From Thermoanaerobaculia bacterium (GTDB taxonomy: Bacteria > Acidobacteriota > Thermoanaerobaculia > Multivoradales > UBA5704), in contig DATEIO010000954.1 of NCBI GenBank assembly GCA_035278895.1, positions 104-64,103 of the forward strand: a stretch of 64,000 nt of DNA, given 5' to 3'. The notes beneath the pieces were generated by a model. The model did no database searches and was not told the DNA's origin. It worked only from the letters and a program-made list of their open reading frames with translations. Below are positions 60,048 to 64,000 of the stretch, one piece after another (the stretch's first letter is position 1; every line of letters begins with the position of its first letter). A program made the position numbers and the translations under genes.

Positions 60048-61550
60048 ATGCTGCGCACGAGCAGTTATACGATCTTCGTCCATCTGCCCGGCAACGAACG
60101 AGAGATCCTGCTGGTACATGGTTATACCGGCGCCTATGACAAGGTCTCGCGGGAGGTGGCTGATTTCCTCCGCTCGCGCGAGGTCCAGGAGAGGGCCAGG
60201 CCCTTGTATGGCGAGTGGAGTCAGGAGCCGGAGCCCGTGGGGGCACCGGGATCTCCTTCGGAAGAGACGATCGATCTGTTGCGCGAGCAGGGCTATCTGA
60301 CCGAGCTCGCGCCGGAAGACGAAGAGGCCTTCTTCGGCCGCCTCGCCAACGCGCTCCATGAACGGGCTCTGCGCCAGGCCCCCAGCTATATCTTCATGCC
60401 CACCTATGACTGCAACCTGCGGTGCTCCTATTGTTATCAGGACCACATGCGTAACGATTGCAGCTTCCATCACCTGCTCCGCTCCATGCGGCCGGCCATG
60501 ATCGATCGCATCTTCGCGGCCCTGCCGCGGATCGAGAGGCTCCATGGTCTCGATCCGGATGCGTTCAGGCGGCGCAACGTCGGCCTCTTCGGGGGCGAGC
60601 CGCTGCTGGCGGCCCATCGCCCCGCCATCGAGCACCTCCTCCGCCGCACCTTTGAGCTGGGGGAGGCGGATGTCTGGGCGGTGACCAACGGCACCGAGCT
60701 CCAGGCCTACCGCGACCTGCTGGGCCCCGGTGGGATCGCGACTCTCCAGATCACGCTCGACGGACCGCCGCAGGAACACGACCGCCGCCGGATCTATGCG
60801 GATGGCACGGGCTCCTATGAGCGGATTGCGGCCAATATCACGATGGCCCTTGAACAGGGTGCCGCGGTCAGCATCCGTCTCAACGTCGATCGCAACAACC
60901 TCATGGATCTGCCGGCCGTGGCCGCCGAGATCGAGGCCCGCGGCTGGGATCGCCACCCCCGGTTCTCGGCCTACACCTCGCCCGTGCGGGGCGGCAATGG
61001 CAAGACCGATCCCAAAAGCGTGCTGAGCTCGTGGGATCTCGACCGGGAGCTGACGCGGATGCGCGAAGAGAATCCGCGCCTGGCAGGGCTGGCGCGCCCC
61101 GATGAGGCTCTGCGCGTCCGGGCGCGCCGGATCTTTGATGCGCCCGAATCCGTGCTGCCGAGCCTGCGGCCGAGTTTCTGCAGCGCGCACGACCGCATGT
61201 ACATCTTCGATCCTTTCGGAGACATCTACGCCTGCTGGGAGAAGACCGGAGATCCGGAGGTCCGGATCGGCCGCGTGCTGCCCGAGGGAGAGATCGAGCT
61301 CAAAGTCGAGGAGTCGAAGATGTGGCGCAGCCGCACGGTGGCGAGCAATCCGGTCTGCCGGCGCTGCCGTTACGCTCTCCACTGCGGCGGTGGCTGCGCG
61401 GTGCTCGCGTGGGCGGGAAGCGGGCAGTTCCATTCGAGCTATTGCGACGGCTTCGCCTCCCGCTTCAAGGCGAGCGTCGCCGACGCCTATCTGGCGCACG
61501 CTGCAGGAGCTCCCACCTCCGCACTCGGTAAAAGGGTCTGCGATCTCTGA
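60048..61550 (+). CDS. Radical SAM/SPASM-domain peptide-modifying enzyme
   Basis: ATG 60048 follows GAGAGGTG (the track start 59952 is an upstream extension). There is a ~100-aa N-terminal domain (SYTIFVHLPGNEREILLVHGYTGAYDKV...TIDLLREQGYLT). The radical SAM cluster motif is CNLRCSYC (YDCNLRCSYCYQ). The C-terminal Cys-rich SPASM region reads FCSAHD...DIYACWE...CRRCRYALHCGGGCAV. Confidence 0.85.
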   Translation: MLRTSSYTIFVHLPGNEREILLVHGYTGAYDKVSREVADFLRSREVQERARPLYGEWSQEPEPVGAPGSPSEETIDLLREQGYLTELAPEDEEAFFGRLANALHERALRQAPSYIFMPTYDCNLRCSYCYQDHMRNDCSFHHLLRSMRPAMIDRIFAALPRIERLHGLDPDAFRRRNVGLFGGEPLLAAHRPAIEHLLRRTFELGEADVWAVTNGTELQAYRDLLGPGGIATLQITLDGPPQEHDRRRIYADGTGSYERIAANITMALEQGAAVSIRLNVDRNNLMDLPAVAAEIEARGWDRHPRFSAYTSPVRGGNGKTDPKSVLSSWDLDRELTRMREENPRLAGLARPDEALRVRARRIFDAPESVLPSLRPSFCSAHDRMYIFDPFGDIYACWEKTGDPEVRIGRVLPEGEIELKVEESKMWRSRTVASNPVCRRCRYALHCGGGCAVLAWAGSGQFHSSYCDGFASRFKASVADAYLAHAAGAPTSALGKRVCDL

Positions 61551-61563
61551 TCCACGGCAGATT

Positions 61564-61586
61564 CCCCTTCGGTCATTCCGGAGGGG
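61564..61586 (+). terminator. Hairpin 14 nt after radical SAM stop (possible intrinsic terminator/attenuator)
   Basis: CCCCTTCGG-tcatt-CCGGAGGGG forms a 9-bp stem (one G:U pair) with a 5-nt loop. It is followed by a C/T-rich tract rather than a clean U-run. Confidence 0.35.
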
Positions 61587-61703
61587 CCTTCACCCTTCTC
61601 ATCAACCTTTTAAAAACTCTGGTCACCTGGTCAAGAATTACCCATCCTTGAGTCGTGGCTTACTCACGGAGAGGGTTTGAAAGGCTTTTTCCTCCAGACT
61701 GGC

Positions 61704-61719
61704 TGGTCTGCCCCTTGCA
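61704..61719 (+). promoter_or_regulatory. Sigma54-like -24/-12 element TGGTCTG-N4-TTGCA
   Basis: The sequence TGGTCTgccccTTGCA has exact GG-N10-GC spacing and lies 70 nt upstream of the 64-codon ORF. It matches the element at 59953 at 15 of 17 positions (TGGTCYGCCYCTTGCAA). Confidence 0.4.
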
Positions 61720-61788
61720 ATGATCACATTTCGTAGCAGGCACAAGTCGAATTGATCAAAGCTATCCGTATCGCACCAAGGAGAAGGA

Positions 61789-61983
61789 ATGAAGAAGAAC
61801 CGGGTTTTGCGAGATATGGCGTCTCTCAACCGTGCAGCCTTCCGAGTCGGAATCCAGGACCTTGGGAGTGGATCGCTGGAGGATCTTCTGGCAAAAGTGG
61901 TGGGCAGCCTGTCCGATCAACCCTCGGCGACCTGCACGGAATTCACCTGCAACCTGTACGCCCCTCCTCCTCCTGAGAGTTAA
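61789..61983 (+). CDS. Small ORF (64 aa), candidate RiPP precursor peptide for the adjacent radical SAM/SPASM enzyme
   Basis: AAGGAG lies at 61778-61783, 5 nt before ATG 61789. Translation: MKKNRVLRDMASLNRAAFRVGIQDLGSGSLEDLLAKVVGSLSDQPSATCTEFTCNLYAPPPPES. The N-terminal ~39 aa look like a helical leader; the tail is Cys/Thr/Ser/aromatic/Pro-rich (CTEFTC, PPPP). GC3 is about 64% in a region of ~49% GC. It sits 239 nt downstream of the rSAM gene on the same strand. Confidence 0.5.
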   Translation: MKKNRVLRDMASLNRAAFRVGIQDLGSGSLEDLLAKVVGSLSDQPSATCTEFTCNLYAPPPPES

Positions 61984-62149
61984 AATTTTTCCCAGCCGTA
62001 CGAAGTTTTCCCGCGCGCTGAAGCCCGCCGTGACTCCAGAGCCGCGGCGGCACCGCGCAGGATAGGGTCCTGTCTCGCCGCGAAACGCGGCGGAGCGCTC
62101 TCGACTTCGGCGGGCCCTCGCAAACCGTGATGGGACGCCCGCGCCCGAT

Positions 62150-62503
62150 TCGACGCGAAGTCTCGTCGCCGAGATCATCGTCCAGGGCCGCTTCGATCAC
62201 CGCGACCGCGCCGTCGAACGTCTCGTCCAGCGTCCGCGCGATCTCCTCGTGCTTGCGCTCGCGCATCTTGTCGCGCCGAAGGGCGTCGATGGCGCGCCGT
62301 TTGGCGAGGGCCATCAGCCAGGCGCCCGGATTGGCCGGAACGCCGATCCGCGGCCATTCGGACAGGGCAACGACCAGCGCGTCCTGCGCCAGCTCCTCGG
62401 CAAGGTCGACATTCCGCACCACGCGGACCAGGCCCGCGATGAGCCTGGCCCGTTCAATGCGAAAGGTCGCTTCGATCGCCCGGTGCGTCTCGCCTACGGT
62501 CAC
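62150..62503 (-). pseudogene. 3'-truncated ECF-type sigma factor (COG4941-like sigma-2 region only)
   Basis: The first ~115 aa (THRAIEATFRIERARLIAGLVRVVRNVDLAEELAQDALVVALSEWPRIGVPANPGAWLMALAKRRAIDALRR...ALDDDLGD) look like the N-terminal region of the long YCII-associated ECF sigma factors. After DDDLGD the expected RLRLIF/CHP region-4 sequence is absent in all three frames. The remaining track ORF is Arg-rich read-through into low-GC DNA that overlaps the small ORF. Confidence 0.45.
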
Positions 62504-62577
62504 AGCTCATTTTCGGCCAAGGCCCCAAGGGAGGCAAACCGGAGGCAAGCCGGCTCCAGCCGGCCAGCCGGCGATCA

Positions 62578-62996
62578 TCAGGCGACGCCGAGCTTCCCGC
62601 GCGTCCCTTCACGGGGCGTCGCGAGCTCCTCGGGCGTCAGAAACTCGGCCAGATCCTCCGCCTCGAGGAACGGCCGGATCTCGATCTCGCTCCGGCCCGG
62701 CATGACATTGGGGGAGCGCATCGCCCAGGCCACGGCCTCGTCCATGTCCCTGACCTCCCAGAGCCGACGAACAGCTCGCGGGTCTCGGCGAACGGCCCAT
62801 CGATGACCGTGCGGCCGGGGCCCTCGCAAACGATGCGCTTGGATTGGGCGGAGGGCTTGAGGCCGGCGGCGGCCACCAGGACGCCGGCCTGGACCAGCTC
62901 CTCGGTGAATCGGTCCATCGCCTCGAACGCCTCGGGAGTGGGGGGAACGCTCTGTTCGCTGTCCTCAGTGGCTTTGGCGAATACCATGACCCGCAT
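62578..62996 (-). pseudogene. YCII/DGPF-domain protein gene with a frameshift near 62770-62785
   Basis: AAGGAGG precedes ATG 62996. MRVMVFAKATEDSEQSVPPTPEAFEAMDRFTEELVQAGVLVAAAGLKPS...VIDGPFAETRELF continues in another frame as LWEVRDMDEAVAWAMRSPNVMPGRSEIEIRPFLEAEDL... (track ORFs 62637..63122 and 62578..62829). This is either a real frameshift or a sequencing error. Confidence 0.5.
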
Positions 62997-63034
62997 TGTC
63001 TGCCTCCTTGTTTGAGACGGCCTTTTTTGGCCTC

Positions 63035-63589
63035 TCATTGGGGCGTCGAACGAGCTTGCCGGAAATCGACATCGTTCTGCGAACTTTGTTCGCCGCTGGC
63101 GCCTCCCCTTTTCGGCCCCCATTTCTCCAGGAACGCCAGGATCAGGTCCGGGACGTACTTGTCGTCCTTCATGAAGTCGTCCGGAGTCTGCGAGAGCAAC
63201 AGCGAGCCGTCCGATTCGAGGAGGAAGAGATGGGGGTAGGACGGGATCTCTGGATAGCGAGAAAGGAAGGCCTCGTTCTTTACCTTGTCGCTGAAGTTGA
63301 CCTTGACGACCACAAACCCGTCGCGCAGGCGTTGCGTCAGGCGCTCATCCTCGTGGATGACCTTGTTGAGAATGCGGCAGTAGATGCACCACTCGCCGCC
63401 AACCTCGAGAAGGATGCGTTTGTTCTCCCGCTGCGCCTGGGCGACCGCGGCCTTCAGGTCGGCGGCGGGGTCACGGGACTCGTCGTATCCGGCCGGGGGG
63501 AGCTTCGCTGAGCCTCCCGCGGCCCCCGCTGTCGTCGCCAGGGTCAAGAGCATGGCCGAGAGCAGCCGGAGAATCCTCGTCCGTTTCAT
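63035..63589 (-). CDS. Secreted thioredoxin-fold protein (WCxxC)
   Basis: AAGGAGG lies 6 nt before ATG 63589. Signal peptide MKRTRILRLLSAMLLTLATTAGAAGG; redox motif GGEWCIYCR; thioredoxin-like layout (ILLEVGG...VVVKVNF...PHLFLL). Confidence 0.75.
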   Translation of the reverse strand: MKRTRILRLLSAMLLTLATTAGAAGGSAKLPPAGYDESRDPAADLKAAVAQAQRENKRILLEVGGEWCIYCRILNKVIHEDERLTQRLRDGFVVVKVNFSDKVKNEAFLSRYPEIPSYPHLFLLESDGSLLLSQTPDDFMKDDKYVPDLILAFLEKWGPKRGGASGEQSSQNDVDFRQARSTPQ

Positions 63590-63724
63590 TGCAATCCTCC
63601 TTGAGAGATAGCTTGTCGCTCAGCAAGTATCCCTCAGAGGGGGAGGTTCCGAAAGCTTGGACGGCAAGGATTCCGTTAAGATCGCCCGCGACTTCATCCG
63701 CCGGGCGCGGGTGGTGGAGGGTCT

Positions 63725-64000
63725 ATGAGGTTGCGCAACCTGATCCGGGGCCTTCTCGTTCTCGTCCTCGCTGCTGGCGGTCTGGCTGCGCCCGCGGCGG
63801 GCGCCTCCTTTCCCGAGCCGGTCGAATGGGACTTCGTCCTGCGCGATTTCCGCTTCGGAACGGGCGAAACCCTCCCCGAGCTGAAGCTCCACTACCGCAC
63901 ACTGGGACGGCCGGTCCGCGACGACCGGGGAAGGACGACCAATGCCGTGCTGGTGCTCCATGGCACGGGCGGCTCGGGGAGCAACTTCCTGACGGAGACC
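63725..64000 (+). CDS. Alpha/beta hydrolase (homoserine acetyltransferase-like family), 3' end cut by window edge
   Basis: GGAGGG lies 5 nt before ATG 63725. Translation: MRLRNLIRGLLVLVLAAGGLAAPAAGA (signal peptide), then FRFGTGETLPELKLHYRTLG...NAVLVLHGTGGSGSNF. It is not in the ORF track because no stop is reached before the window ends. Confidence 0.6.
   Translation, partial: MRLRNLIRGLLVLVLAAGGLAAPAAGASFPEPVEWDFVLRDFRFGTGETLPELKLHYRTLGRPVRDDRGRTTNAVLVLHGTGGSGSNFLTET

Noticed and set aside
61752-62065. Alternative small ORFs 61752-61976 (74 aa) and 61832-62065 (77 aa) overlapping the candidate precursor.
   Set aside because: They have no ribosome-binding sites and Arg/Pro-rich translations. 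The 61789 frame has the AAGGAG SD and the better third-position GC bias.
62074-62095. GC-rich hairpin (TCGCCGCG-aaa-CGCGGCGG) as a possible terminator for the small ORF or the sigma remnant.
   Set aside because: The loop is only 3 nt, there is no U-tract on either strand, and such inverted GC runs are frequent at this GC content.

Overview
This is a high-GC (about 70%) bacterial window. All calls come from reading the sequence and ORF translations by eye; no searches were run, and domain boundaries are approximate (+/- ~60 nt).

(1) Bases 1-50568 form one co-directional NRPS operon:
- a 5'-truncated NRPS (to 12875)
- a TauD/SyrP-type Fe(II)/2-oxoglutarate hydroxylase
- a one-module NRPS whose adenylation (A) domain is interrupted by an FkbM-type methyltransferase
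- a single 29.4-kb, 9,802-codon, nine-module NRPS ending in a thioesterase
- a translationally coupled SyrD/PvdE-type ABC exporter

Specificity codes read by eye predict ...-D-Ala-D-Ala-X-Glu(modified)-Glu-Ser-Glu-Gln-Gln-(aliphatic)-Ser-Ser-Gln. Three assembly-line oddities stand out. One module keeps only a 190-aa A-domain remnant (A*) and sits directly before the hydroxylase. At both protein junctions a terminal C domain is followed by a full-length but His-less C-like domain (C*) on the next protein. An O-methyltransferase-like insert sits in a Glu-type A domain.

(2) Bases 50.6-62.0 kb look like a separate locus: an ADOP-type duplicated FtsX permease, a GAF histidine kinase, an NtrC-type sigma54 activator, an ABC-2 transporter operon, a radical SAM/SPASM enzyme, and a 64-codon ORF with a strong Shine-Dalgarno that looks like a RiPP precursor. 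Four GG-N10-GC sigma54-type promoter elements sit in front of exactly these four transcription units.

(3) The right edge holds a decayed YCII/ECF-sigma pair, a secreted thioredoxin-fold protein and a partial alpha/beta hydrolase.

No rRNA, tRNA, CRISPR array or transposase was seen. The ADOP permease suggests an Acidobacteriota origin (inference).
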